A stretch of DNA of 49,887 nt from Methanobacteriota archaeon (GTDB lineage: Archaea > Thermoplasmatota > Poseidoniia > Poseidoniales > Thalassarchaeaceae), in contig PBPH01000011.1 in assembly GCA_002725475.1 (NCBI GenBank), positions 1 to 49,887 of the forward strand, given 5' to 3'. A program made the position numbers and the translations under genes. The notes under the pieces were generated by a model. That model did not search any database and was not told the origin of the DNA. It saw only the letters and a list, made by a program, of their open reading frames with translations. Within the stretch, counting starts at the first letter, position 1. Every line of letters begins with the position of its first letter. Shown piece by piece: positions 9,435-20,100 of the stretch.

Positions 9435-10463
9435 TCAACTCCTAAACTCGGACATTAGTGAATCTAGGTCTGCCTTAGTAGGTCGCAATTCATCTTCATT
9501 CAAATTTGCTAGAGGAGTTTCTGAAAGATCTAACCATTCATCTAGAGTTTTAGGTTCATTGTTATAGTATAACAGGCCAGTAACATGCTTCTTCTCAATT
9601 TCAGCCTTATGGATTTGTGAAAGTGCACCAACAGCATCACTAGGGTCGTGATTACTTCCAACAGTTTCTAGTCTGAGAGTACTTCCATCAAACAAAGCAA
9701 TATCTTGATATTTTCCTTCTGGGATATCAACTTCTTCAAGAGGTGTGAAATGAGGGATGTAATCGTAAGAGTGCAACTCCACATCGTTATCTTTGACATA
9801 TCCATATGACTTGAATGATTCATCATTATTAGAGAATGTTACGCATGGTGAAATCACATCAATAATTGCAGTGCCTCGATGACTCATCGCGGCACGCATC
9901 AGGGACGTGAGTTGTTTCTTAGCTCCCGAAAATGACCGTGCAACAAATGTGCAACCCAAGTTTATCGCCATAGCACAAAGGTCAATGGGGGCTTGCTCAT
10001 TTGCTTCTGCTTTCCGCTTTGCCGAACCCTTTTCTACAGTAGCAGAGTACTGTCCTTTGGTCAAACCATATACTCCGTTATTTTCAATGATATAAACCAT
10101 GTTCAGATTGCGTCTAATTGCATGAACGAATTGCCCAATACCGATACTCGCAGTATCCCCGTCCCCGGAGACTGCTATGAATTGCATATCTCGATTAGTC
10201 ACATTCGCCCCGGTTGTTACAGATGGCATTCTACCATGGACCGTATTGAATCCATGTGATTTTCCTAAGAAATAAGCTGGAGTTTTAGAAGAGCATCCAA
10301 TACCACTCATCTTAGCAATCTGCTCGGGAGCAATTCCATTTTCCCATGCAGCGTCAATTATTACCTTGCTGATTTGGTCATGCCCACAACCAGGGCATAG
10401 AGAGGAAGGGCCACCTTTGTAGTCATCTTTTGGCAATTCAATAATATTCAATTTGATTGTCAA
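9435..10463 (-). CDS. korB: 2-oxoacid:ferredoxin oxidoreductase, beta (TPP-binding) subunit
   Basis: Motifs CPGCGH, GIGCSS, HGRMPSVTTGA and SGDGDTASIGIGQFVHAIRRNLNMVYIIENNGVYGLTKGQ. The TTG start overlaps the korA stop (TTGA). Confidence 0.9.
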   Translation of the reverse strand: MTIKLNIIELPKDDYKGGPSSLCPGCGHDQISKVIIDAAWENGIAPEQIAKMSGIGCSSKTPAYFLGKSHGFNTVHGRMPSVTTGANVTNRDMQFIAVSGDGDTASIGIGQFVHAIRRNLNMVYIIENNGVYGLTKGQYSATVEKGSAKRKAEANEQAPIDLCAMAINLGCTFVARSFSGAKKQLTSLMRAAMSHRGTAIIDVISPCVTFSNNDESFKSYGYVKDNDVELHSYDYIPHFTPLEEVDIPEGKYQDIALFDGSTLRLETVGSNHDPSDAVGALSQIHKAEIEKKHVTGLLYYNNEPKTLDEWLDLSETPLANLNEDELRPTKADLDSLMSEFRS

Positions 10464-12244
10464 GCACCCACCTCCTCAAGTTTCTCTAGTATTTTGTCTG
10501 TGTATACTCTTGCGCGAGGTGGTATTCCATCTGAAAATGAAACACTATACACCCTAGAAACCAATTCTATTGGCAACTCTTTTCGAAGTATGCCATACAT
10601 TTGTCCATCACGGTTAATTTCCAAAACAATAACAGTCTCATGGTTAGAGACAAATTCTTCTACAACAGGGGAGAGTGGCAAGGCTCGGACTCTACATTGA
10701 CTTACTTTTCTTCCAGTTTCTTCCAATTGGTCATCAATTTCCTGAATAGTGTTCTCCATAGAACCAAAATAAATGATTCCAACTTCTTGTTCAACTTCTT
10801 CTCTTAACACAGGTTGGGGCAATTCTGTTCTAGCCCCATCTATCTTGCGCTTCAATCTCTCCATGTTATCAACGTACACACTTGGGCTTTCAGAATAAAT
10901 ACCGTCCTCATCATGCCCCGTACCTCGATAAAGGATTGGTTCTAAGCCAGAACCGGGCAGGGTTCGATAACAAATTCCATCCCCATCTAAATCTCGATAT
11001 CGCCCAAAATTACCAATTCTTTCCAGTTCTTCTTTTGTGTGAATAACTTTGCCTCGGTTCATTTTTTCTGGGTACTCAAAGCCCTTGCAAATCCAGCGAT
11101 TCATACCAAGATCAAGGTCGCCAAACCCGAAAACAACTGTCTGGTAATATTCTGCATAGTCAAATGCCCTCCATCCATACTCAAAGCATTCTTCTATTGT
11201 ACCTGGGAACAGGACAATATGTTGCGTATCTCCATGGCTGGCTTCGTAAAGCAAACTAACATCGCCTTGCTGGGTTCTGGTGGGTAGTCCCGTGGAAGGG
11301 CCAACACGGTTAATATCCCAGATTACTCCAGGGATTTCGGCAAAATATGCTAGTCCAATAAATTCTGACATTAGAGAAATACCGGGTCCTGATGTGCAAG
11401 TCATTCCTCGCCCACCTGACCAACCAGCTCCGACAACCATTCCCGCCGCAGCCAACTCATCCTCAGCTTGAATGACCGCGCAGGTCATTTTCCCATCAGA
11501 ATCAGTACGTAATTCTGGAAGGTAAGAAATGATGCCTTCAGCAACCGATGATGAGGGGGTAATCGGGTACCACGAGAGCATGGTAACTCCGCCAAAGATG
11601 CTCCCTAATGCAACCGCTTCATTCCCTTCAATCAGAAAATCATCTGGGCTTCTTTCTCGAGCTTCAATGCAATAAGGATCTTCCTTTTCGAAATTTTCTC
11701 TGAAATATTCTCGTCCCATATTGGACGCATTTACATTCAATTCAATTGCTGCCGCCTTTCCTTTAAATTGCTTGGCAACGGCTTTTTCTAGAATTGCTTG
11801 ATCAAGGCCCAGCAATTCAGCCAAAACTCCCACATAAATCATATTTGCAATCATTCTTGCCAACTTTGGATTTAGTGTTCTAGCCATCTTAGTCATGGGT
11901 ATTGGATATGCTATTACATCATCCAGCTCAACTGGCATTTTAACATCAGAGTTGTAGATTATTACTGTACCAGGTTCAATACTTGCTAGATCCTTTTCCC
12001 AAGTTGCTTTATTCATCAATACTTGGATGTGTGTTCTATCTCCTGGTGCCTGATAACCGGCTTCACTGGCTCTAACGATGTACCAAGTTGGTAGGCCTGA
12101 AATGTTACTCGGAAACAAATTCTTTCCACTAACTGGGACCCCCATTTCAAACATTGTGTGTAATAGAATTAGGTTTGCAGACTGGGAACCAGTTCCATTT
12201 GCAGTTGCGATATTCATCGTGAAATCATTGACAATGGTATCCAT
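10460..12244 (-). CDS. korA: 2-oxoacid:ferredoxin oxidoreductase, alpha (fused gamma-alpha) subunit
   Basis: 594 aa. An N-terminal POR-gamma-like region (GTGSQSANLIL) is followed by an alpha domain (GNEAVALGSIFGGVTMLSWYPITPSS; TSGPGISLMSEFIGLAYFAEIP). Confidence 0.9.
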   Translation of the reverse strand: MDTIVNDFTMNIATANGTGSQSANLILLHTMFEMGVPVSGKNLFPSNISGLPTWYIVRASEAGYQAPGDRTHIQVLMNKATWEKDLASIEPGTVIIYNSDVKMPVELDDVIAYPIPMTKMARTLNPKLARMIANMIYVGVLAELLGLDQAILEKAVAKQFKGKAAAIELNVNASNMGREYFRENFEKEDPYCIEARERSPDDFLIEGNEAVALGSIFGGVTMLSWYPITPSSSVAEGIISYLPELRTDSDGKMTCAVIQAEDELAAAGMVVGAGWSGGRGMTCTSGPGISLMSEFIGLAYFAEIPGVIWDINRVGPSTGLPTRTQQGDVSLLYEASHGDTQHIVLFPGTIEECFEYGWRAFDYAEYYQTVVFGFGDLDLGMNRWICKGFEYPEKMNRGKVIHTKEELERIGNFGRYRDLDGDGICYRTLPGSGLEPILYRGTGHDEDGIYSESPSVYVDNMERLKRKIDGARTELPQPVLREEVEQEVGIIYFGSMENTIQEIDDQLEETGRKVSQCRVRALPLSPVVEEFVSNHETVIVLEINRDGQMYGILRKELPIELVSRVYSVSFSDGIPPRARVYTDKILEKLEEVGA

Positions 12245-12452
12245 TTTCCACTAGTCCCCTAATTGGTATCTTCCAAGTATTGCTTCATACATCCGATGAA
12301 AGCCACCTTATCAGTTACCCCTCTTCACCCCAATCGGTTTAGCATAGGCTCTTTGAAGGTATGGATTGAGAGCGTTCTCTTTCAACTCGTTGTTTGAACA
12401 TATTTGTGACAAAATTGGTAGATATGTGAGTTGGAAAGGAAGCGTTTAATTC

Positions 12453-13559
12453 ATGAATGAGGCGCTTGTCCGGCGGTTTATGATTCCGGACGCTCTAAAG
12501 GATGCTTGGGAAGATGCAGAGAAGCAAATAGACTCAGGATTGAATGATGAGGCGCTAGAAACTCTACGTAAAGCATGGGGCGAACATGAGGATGCTGCAG
12601 ATCATGCTAATACATGGAAATTAGTTGGTGATGCTAAGCAGGCCATTGCGGTATCTTCCGAACCTCCAAATAAGAAGATGTTGAGAGAGGCCAATAATGC
12701 GTATCAAAGCGCTCTGAAGAAAGACTCCAAGCATAGAGATGCTAGAAGAGCATCAAATGCCATTCAAATAAAAATGGATGGCCTTGGAATTAGAAAATCC
12801 TCTTTACCAAAACTCGTAGACGATGGGACTCCTACAATTTACGGTATGCTAGCCATTCTTGTTGTTGGGATGTTGTTTCTAACCACTATCAAATATATGC
12901 CAGAAATCAAGAACGCCCTGGACCTCACATCAGAATCATCTGATGATTGGGACGCAACTTTGGTAGTCGAACTCTATCCTAATGCAGCACCCAAAACCGT
13001 CGCATCTTTCAAGGATCATGCGCGCAATGGTAATTACGACTACACAGCATTTCATCGTATAATTGACAATTTCATGGTTCAAGGTGGAGATATTCAATGC
13101 GCAACCATGCCTCTAGGTTCTGCTGATTGCTCAGCTGGAACAGGTGGTTATTCTGCTATTTGGTATGGTCAAGGAATTGAGGGGGATCAAACAACATGGA
13201 AAATGCCTGATGAGATAGATTGTTTTGAGACTTCTCAAGGTTCGGGCCAATGGCAAGGAACCTGCCACGCTCCTGGTATGCTAGCAATGGCAAATGCTGG
13301 AGCAGATACTGGTGGTAGCCAATTTTACCTAGTCGATAAAGACAGCACACCATCTCACTTAAACGGAAAACACACCGTGTTTGGAATGGCTACTGATGAT
13401 AGCACTTATCTTGGTAGTTCGATTAATGGTATTGAATTAATCGATATGCTTAGTCAAGTGCCTGTTGGGGATGGCGATGTACCATTGAATCCCCCCTATA
13501 TTCACAGCATAGAGATTGATGGTGACACTGCACACATGCATCTATTACTTCCATCTTGA
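12453..13559 (+). CDS. Membrane-anchored cyclophilin-type peptidyl-prolyl cis-trans isomerase
   Basis: A helical N-terminal region is followed by one TM ([18 protein letters not shown]). The cyclophilin core then follows ([23 protein letters not shown]...[14 protein letters not shown]...[19 protein letters not shown]...HTVFG). Confidence 0.85.
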   Translation: MNEALVRRFMIPDALKDAWEDAEKQIDSGLNDEALETLRKAWGEHEDAADHANTWKLVGDAKQAIAVSSEPPNKKMLREANNAYQSALKKDSKHRDARRASNAIQIKMDGLGIRKSSLPKLVDDGTPTIYGMLAILVVGMLFLTTIKYMPEIKNALDLTSESSDDWDATLVVELYPNAAPKTVASFKDHARNGNYDYTAFHRIIDNFMVQGGDIQCATMPLGSADCSAGTGGYSAIWYGQGIEGDQTTWKMPDEIDCFETSQGSGQWQGTCHAPGMLAMANAGADTGGSQFYLVDKDSTPSHLNGKHTVFGMATDDSTYLGSSINGIELIDMLSQVPVGDGDVPLNPPYIHSIEIDGDTAHMHLLLPS

Positions 13560-13611
13560 AATAATAATTCAGGCCAAAATATCGATTCCGAAAGACCCTG
13601 TCTTTTGGGTG

Positions 13612-16323
13612 ATGTTGAAAGACGGAATACCCGCCCCTGATGTTAGGGGGGGTGTAAACGTGGTGAGCGAATTCGAATTATCTGATGGCAGCATTGGTGA
13701 ATTTCATTCCCTTCCTGCTATGGAGGGGAAGTGGGGGATAACACTTCCATCACTCCCTTATTCAATCAGAGTATTGCTGGAAGCAGCATTGAGAAAGTGC
13801 GATGGTTTCTTAGTTACCGAGCAGGATGTTCAGAGAATTGCAAATTGGTCTCCTCAAATGACTCCTTCTGAGATTCCTTTCATGCCTAGCCGAGTAATTC
13901 TTCAGGATTTTACTGGTGTTCCTGCAGTAGTTGATATCGCTGCACTCCGGGATGCAATGGTTGAGCTAGGGGGTGATCCTGAAAAGGTCAACCCACAAGT
14001 GCCAGTAGATCTCGTAATCGATCATTCAGTGCAGGTAGATATCTCCGGCCTTTTCCCAGACGCCCGAGAACGCAACATGGAGATTGAGTATGAGCGGAAT
14101 ATGGAACGTTACCAGTTCTTAAAGTGGGGCCAACAAAGTCTAGATAATTTCCGGGCAGTTCCCCCTGGTAGAGGAATTGTACACCAAGTTAATCTTGAAT
14201 GGTTAGCAAGTGTGGCGCGAGATGAAAATGGTATTTGGATGCCCGATTCACTAGTAGGGACTGATTCTCATACTACGATGATTAACGGTCTCGGAGTTCT
14301 TGGTTGGGGTGTTGGCGGTATTGAGGCAGAAGCAGTAATGCTAGGGCAACCAATATACATGCTATTACCCGAAGTCGTTGGTTTTGAATTGAAGGGTTCT
14401 TTGAAACCCGGTGTGACTGCTACCGATATGACTCTCAGAATAGTTGAGATGTTACGGGAACACGGTGTTGTCGGTAAATTCGTTGAGTTTTTCGGAGCAG
14501 GTCTTTCGAACCTCACATTGCCAGATAGGGCCACTATTGCTAATATGGCTCCTGAATACGGTGCCACTTGCGGTTTCTTCCCTGTAGATGAAACTACACT
14601 TGAATATATGCGTTTATCTGGTAGAGAAGAGGGGCACGTCGAGAACGTAAAGCGCTTCCTTAGCGCACAAGGAATGTTCCTAACAGATGACGCACCAACA
14701 CCTAATTTCACTTCAAAATTATCTCTCGATCTTGGTTCAGTAGAGCCGGCTCTTGCAGGGCCAAAGAGGCCACAAGATAGAGTCAATTTGTCAGAGATGA
14801 AGAAGCATTGGCGTGAAAGTTTAATTGCACCAGTTGGGCATCAAGGGCATGGTCTAAGTTCCAATGATATAGGGAATGAAATTGAGGTTGAAGGAGAAAA
14901 TTACAACTTGAAGCACGGTGACGTAGTAATTGCAGCAATCACTTCTTGTACAAATACATCTAATCCATCTGTTATGATTGCAGCGGGACTTGTTGCTCGT
15001 AACGCAAATGCTCTTGGTATGACAATCAAACCTTGGGTAAAACCTAGTTTGGCACCTGGAAGTAGAGTTGTAACCGAGTATTATGATGCTGCAGGTCTGT
15101 CTGAAGATTTATCTGCACTCGGCTTCAACACAGTTGGTTATGGCTGTACAACATGTATTGGAAATTCAGGCCCCCTTGATGAGAAAATAGAATCTGCAAT
15201 AGATGCTGGCAACCTCATTGTAGGGAGTGTAATTTCAGGAAACAGGAATTTCGAGGGAAGGATACATCAAAAAGTCAAAGGAAATTACCTCGGAAGCCCT
15301 CCATTAGTGGTCGCATATGCTTTAGCTGGAACCTTAGATATTGATATTCAAAATGACCCTCTTGGAGAAGATTCGGATGGAAATGAAGTATTCCTATCTG
15401 ACATTTGGCCAAGTGACGAAGATGTATATCGAACTATGGTGGCATCAATTACACCAGAGATGTTCCGATTACGATACTCAGATGCTACAAGTGAGCCACG
15501 TTGGAATGAAATACCATCCCAACCCAGTGCTCTTTACCCTTGGTCCCCAGAATCTACCTACATCCGACTTCCTTCTTTTTTTGAAGGCATAACACCTAGC
15601 CCCGCACAAATAGAGCCAATTATTGGCGCAAAGGTTCTATTGATGTTGGGTGATTCAGTGACCACAGATCACATTTCGCCAGCTGGCGCTTTTCCGCATA
15701 CTGGTCCAGCAGGACAATATCTAATGGAGAATGGTATTCAACCCAGAGATTTCAATTCTTTTGGCAGTCGTAGAGGAAACCATGAAGTTATGATGCGCGG
15801 AACATTTGCGAACGTTAGGATACGTAATCTGATAGCTTCTGGAACCGAAGGTGGCGTTACAACCTACTTTCCAACTGGAGAGGTGATGCCAATTTTTGAT
15901 GCTAGTATGCTGTATCAGAAGAGTGGGACACCACTTGTAGTGATTGCAGGCTCTCAATACGGCACCGGTAGCAGTCGTGATTGGGCTGCTAAGGGGACTA
16001 TGTTGCTAGGTGTCAAAGCCGTAATTGCGGCTTCTTTTGAGAGAATTCATCGCTCAAACCTTGTTGGAATGGGTGTGCTTCCTCTCACTTTCAAATCAGG
16101 GGACTCGCCTGCAACATTAGGGCTTGATGGTACAGAGAGATTCGATATTCCTTCCAGTGGCGATCTAGTTCCCCTTAGTTCAATGAAAATAACCGCGCAC
16201 AAAGAAGACGGTTCTTCAGTGGAATTTGATGCAATTGTTAGATTAGATACTCCTGTAGAAGTTGAATATTACAAGAACGGTGGAATTCTTCATACTGTTC
16301 TTCGAAACATTGCTAGGAACTGA
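13612..16323 (+). CDS. acnA: Aconitate hydratase A
   Basis: A long match to the AcnA/IRP pattern ([82 protein letters not shown]). The start is placed at the ATG at 13612. The track start at 13516 adds an implausible 32-aa extension that overlaps the PPIase gene. Confidence 0.95.
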   Translation: MLKDGIPAPDVRGGVNVVSEFELSDGSIGEFHSLPAMEGKWGITLPSLPYSIRVLLEAALRKCDGFLVTEQDVQRIANWSPQMTPSEIPFMPSRVILQDFTGVPAVVDIAALRDAMVELGGDPEKVNPQVPVDLVIDHSVQVDISGLFPDARERNMEIEYERNMERYQFLKWGQQSLDNFRAVPPGRGIVHQVNLEWLASVARDENGIWMPDSLVGTDSHTTMINGLGVLGWGVGGIEAEAVMLGQPIYMLLPEVVGFELKGSLKPGVTATDMTLRIVEMLREHGVVGKFVEFFGAGLSNLTLPDRATIANMAPEYGATCGFFPVDETTLEYMRLSGREEGHVENVKRFLSAQGMFLTDDAPTPNFTSKLSLDLGSVEPALAGPKRPQDRVNLSEMKKHWRESLIAPVGHQGHGLSSNDIGNEIEVEGENYNLKHGDVVIAAITSCTNTSNPSVMIAAGLVARNANALGMTIKPWVKPSLAPGSRVVTEYYDAAGLSEDLSALGFNTVGYGCTTCIGNSGPLDEKIESAIDAGNLIVGSVISGNRNFEGRIHQKVKGNYLGSPPLVVAYALAGTLDIDIQNDPLGEDSDGNEVFLSDIWPSDEDVYRTMVASITPEMFRLRYSDATSEPRWNEIPSQPSALYPWSPESTYIRLPSFFEGITPSPAQIEPIIGAKVLLMLGDSVTTDHISPAGAFPHTGPAGQYLMENGIQPRDFNSFGSRRGNHEVMMRGTFANVRIRNLIASGTEGGVTTYFPTGEVMPIFDASMLYQKSGTPLVVIAGSQYGTGSSRDWAAKGTMLLGVKAVIAASFERIHRSNLVGMGVLPLTFKSGDSPATLGLDGTERFDIPSSGDLVPLSSMKITAHKEDGSSVEFDAIVRLDTPVEVEYYKNGGILHTVLRNIARN

Positions 16324-16324
16324 A

Positions 16325-16330
16325 TTTTTT
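16325..16330 (+). terminator. Oligo-T tract directly after the acnA stop (archaeal-type terminator candidate)
   Basis: The sequence tgaATTTTTTcgattggtttaatcg has a T6 run two nt after the stop, followed by a short inverted repeat cgatt/aatcg. Confidence 0.3.
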
Positions 16331-16421
16331 CGATTGGTTTAATCGAACATACACGAACCTTCTAGAAAAAATACGTCTTTTTGACGGTTGGTTCAAAAAC
16401 CACCCCTGTCCGCTAACACTC

Positions 16422-17048
16422 ATGGTAGGAGGAATCCGAACCTGTTTCCGCTTTCGTTCAATCGAAGAAGCGATTGAAGTACTAATCGAGGGTGAGGCTG
16501 ATTGGGTAAATGATTGGAGGGAAAAATTGGGCCTTCTAGACATAGGCTGGCTTGAAAGGTTAAGTTCTGATTCCGATGACGAATCAATAATTTCATCATC
16601 CCCTAGAAGTGGTAGAAAGAATCTACCAGGGCCCCCACCTGACCCTACTAAAGTGGCAACTGTGCGTAGAATTATCGGGGAATTAGATATTGATAAAGAG
16701 ATGGCGAAATTGGGTATTTTCAAGGAAGAATCACCAACCACCTCGGCTCTTAGGCAGATTCTAGATGAATATGATGAAGCCCCCAAACCACCTCAAGGCT
16801 CACCTTCTACCGAACCGGTTGCAGAAGGTTGGCTTAGGGAAGCTCTACGTTTGGCAGTTAGAAGATTTGGTGTGATGGGATTGCCAACGGATGTAATTGT
16901 TGAGACAATTGCTGGAAGACACGATTTAGATGATGAACTGGTTGAGGGGTGGCTTGAGACACAGTATCAACTAGGAAAATTAGTCAAAATTTATGGGGGT
17001 ACTAAGGAAGGTTATGGCCCCTCTCCAGCATGGTTAGATGCACCCTGA
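16422..17048 (+). CDS. Acidic cytoplasmic protein, function unknown
   Basis: 208-aa ATG ORF with protein-like composition and a Ser/Asp-rich and Pro-rich linker. The C-terminal helical region (WLREALRLAVRRFGVMGLPTDVIVETIAGRH) could be a winged-helix-like fold. I preferred it over the antisense Ser-rich ORF 16313..16786. Confidence 0.5.
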   Translation: MVGGIRTCFRFRSIEEAIEVLIEGEADWVNDWREKLGLLDIGWLERLSSDSDDESIISSSPRSGRKNLPGPPPDPTKVATVRRIIGELDIDKEMAKLGIFKEESPTTSALRQILDEYDEAPKPPQGSPSTEPVAEGWLREALRLAVRRFGVMGLPTDVIVETIAGRHDLDDELVEGWLETQYQLGKLVKIYGGTKEGYGPSPAWLDAP

Positions 17049-17196
17049 AAACCCCCCTTTTTCCCTCGATATGCGATGATGTTCGATAACTAATATAGAT
17101 TAATCATAAACGCTGTACTGCGGGGCTATAGTGTTAGCATTTTTCGCACACGCGCACGAAAGGGGTAATAAGAGAACCCAAAGTCGGTCGGTCAGT

Positions 17197-20100
17197 ATGT
17201 CGAGCCATACCTTTGAACTGAATATGAACAAGTCACGAGTCAAAGCTCTTGCACTCGTAGCATTGATGGTGCTGTCAACTTCATTGGCAGTAATGGATGT
17301 AGCAGCGAGTAATTCGAAGCAATACCCGGTGACAAGAAACCCCTTGGATCTTGCAACTGGAGACTTCGATTGTGACGGAGACGATGATATCGTGACAGCG
17401 AGTGAGATGGGCAATTTCTTGTCTATTCTTTGGAATGATGGAGGGACTTATCAGGATCGTTCTGATATTTGGGTCTCAAACAATAATACACGCCGAGCAG
17501 GATTTACATCCATTGCAGACGTTGGCGCTGTAGAAGTTGGTGATATTGATGACGATGGTCAGGACGATATTGTGTTCTACCAAGGAAACATCCAAGTTTT
17601 TGGTTCTACTGAAGTTATCCGTGGAAATCTAACAGTCCTAACCAATGATGACTGTGCAGGTTCCTTCTCCGAAGATGCAGTTTATACTACCGGGGACATT
17701 CTTTGGGAATTCCAAATTGCTGATGTCAATGGCGATGGTATTGACGATATTGTGGCCCTTGAGCTTCAAGATATTGCATCTGGTACCCAGCGTTTGCTAA
17801 CTTACCTAGGGGGATCACAACGTAACAACGCTGCAACTAATCACAAAATTACAACTCTTGACAACCTAGCTAACAAGGTCTATTCGGATCTAAGGCTCGG
17901 TAATCTTGGTGAAGCAGTAGTAGGTGGTGGTTTGCCAGGGGCAGGTAACGACTGTGATGACCTAGATGCTTTCATCTTCTTCCGTACCGGATATAATGCT
18001 GCTACTGGATATGCAGATGGTGATTGGGACAATGTTTCCATCATTGAATTCGAATGTACGCTCGATACATTCGCTGCATGGAATGACCCTAACAAGCAAC
18101 ATCAAATCAAGTTGAACTCTGAGGCAGGTTCTTTTGATATTGCAGATGCAGATGGTGATGGCAAGATTGACACAATGGCAATTACTGATTTCACATCCGT
18201 TGTAGTACAGACATGCGCTGCGGCACCTTGCCCTGCGCAGAATAATTGGCAACAGGTTGCAGTGTCCCCCACAATAGGGGATTTCATGCCTGCAACAGTT
18301 TCACTTGAGGATGTCAATCAAGATGGTGATGTCGATTTGGTAGTTCCAACATATTCCACAATCACCAGTTTGCAAGGTGCTAGCGGTAACACTGTAACAT
18401 CTTATTCTACTAACAATCTGGATGAATTGAATACTGTACAGATTATTCTTTCAAACGGTGCTGGTGGGTTCTATTCACCGCAGTCAATGCCAGTAGGTCG
18501 AAGACCAACCATGGTTCTTGTAGGGCAATTTGCTGGTGGTCCAAACAGTGCTCTTGATTTGGCAATAGGAAACCGTGATTATACATTCCAATATTCAAAT
18601 GGAGCACTTCACATAGATTCCAAAGGATGTGCTTTTGATCCACTAAATCCACAATTGAATGGTTTTGGTTGCGGAAACTTGGATGCAATTTCAGTTGTAC
18701 AACTTGATAATGAAGATTTAGGGATTTCAGCAATGTCGGTCTCTCCGGCATCTTTCAATCCAGATACTGGTAGTATGACTATTGGTGAAGGAACGCGTGA
18801 AGTTAACGTTACTGTTCAGAACACAGGTCTCGATATGATAAGTGGTACAGTTGATGTTGATGTTTCAGTTAAGGAAATCACGGGTGGAACGGATACAATA
18901 GTATACTCAATGGATTATGATTCTGCACCTACAATCAACTGTGGTAACGGTTGTACTTGGTCATCTGCTGATTATGATGGTGAGCAACTATTCTGGCACG
19001 AAGAATTAGCAGCCAACCATTCAGCAACACCTGATGGTTGGGAGGCTGATGTCAATCCTACAGATTACATGTGGGCTGGAACTTGGTACCCTAATGCTAC
19101 ATCAAACAATCAAATGGAGACTGGATATCTATCCAATCAGGATGAGGCATTAATCCTTAGAAATATTGACCTAAGTGGGGCAGACGCAGCATCGCTAGAG
19201 TTGGATTTATTCTGCACATCAGGTTATTCGCCAGTCCATTATGTGAATGCACAAGGCGGAATTGTTGGAATGGTAATTTATGATGATTCTTGTAACATCG
19301 ATGTATATACTGATGATGATGGATGGGTTCCAGTAATCTATCGAGGAGGTTATGATTCTGTTAGGTTGAATGAATATTACTACAACGGTGGTTCAGTTGA
19401 ATACACCAGCCAAATCTACCATTATTCAGGAATTAACTATAGTTGGATTGATTTGCAAGATAACAATTCTCTTGACCTAACTCCATGGGCGGGTGAAACA
19501 ATTGACATTCGCTTCCGTTTCCGTACAGGCTATGAAGGCAGTGTTGGTTTAGATAATGAATCACGCAACACACAATTCGATGGAATGGCAATTGATAATT
19601 TGACAATTACCAAAACCATTACTCAGTTTGGTCAGATTCAGCCAGTATCACAGAATTTGAATCTAAACAACTTCGCACCAGGAGATGAGCAGTCAATAAT
19701 TCTCAATGCCTACTTTACTAACGACACAGAATATATGATTGAGGCAACACTTTCTTCCCCTACAGGTTTTGTTAATGAAGATGCAAGCAATGATGATATT
19801 CGATGGAAGATGAATGTTCTAAATCTATACGATCCAGCAGTCAGAGAGATTACATCTTTTGAGCCAGGGGCATTGTACGCTTCTGGAGATTACCCAATCG
19901 ATGTGGTTGTTCAGAATGCAGGTAATACTGTAATGGATTTCGATGTTCAAGCAACAGTCTACACAGCTCAACCAAATCCGTTATTTTCCAATCCGTGTAA
20001 GAACGTTGAGGAGTTTGAGCCAAGTTCTTGTGCATACATGTTTGGTGACGATAGTGATGGAATTGGAGGAATTATTGACGACACAGACCCTGCTATTCAG

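Noticed and set aside
13516-13611. N-terminal 32-aa extension of acnA given in the ORF track
   Set aside because: The extension ([19 protein letters not shown]...) overlaps the PPIase gene and has no counterpart in aconitases. The ATG at 13612 gives a sensible N-terminus.
14268-14786. 172-aa minus-strand ORF inside acnA, and similar internal or antisense ORFs inside NFACT (2074-2517 and others), the giant genes, korAB, the FtsX permease (for example 46377-46703) and 44488-44874
   Set aside because: They are nested entirely within strongly supported conserved CDSs on the other strand or in another frame, and they have biased shadow-frame composition.
16313-16786. 157-aa minus-strand ORF overlapping the acnA 3' end and the 16422-17048 ORF
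   Set aside because: Its translation is Ser-rich and low in complexity, typical of an antisense shadow frame. The plus-strand ORF has a more protein-like composition. The choice is not proven, as noted in the findings.
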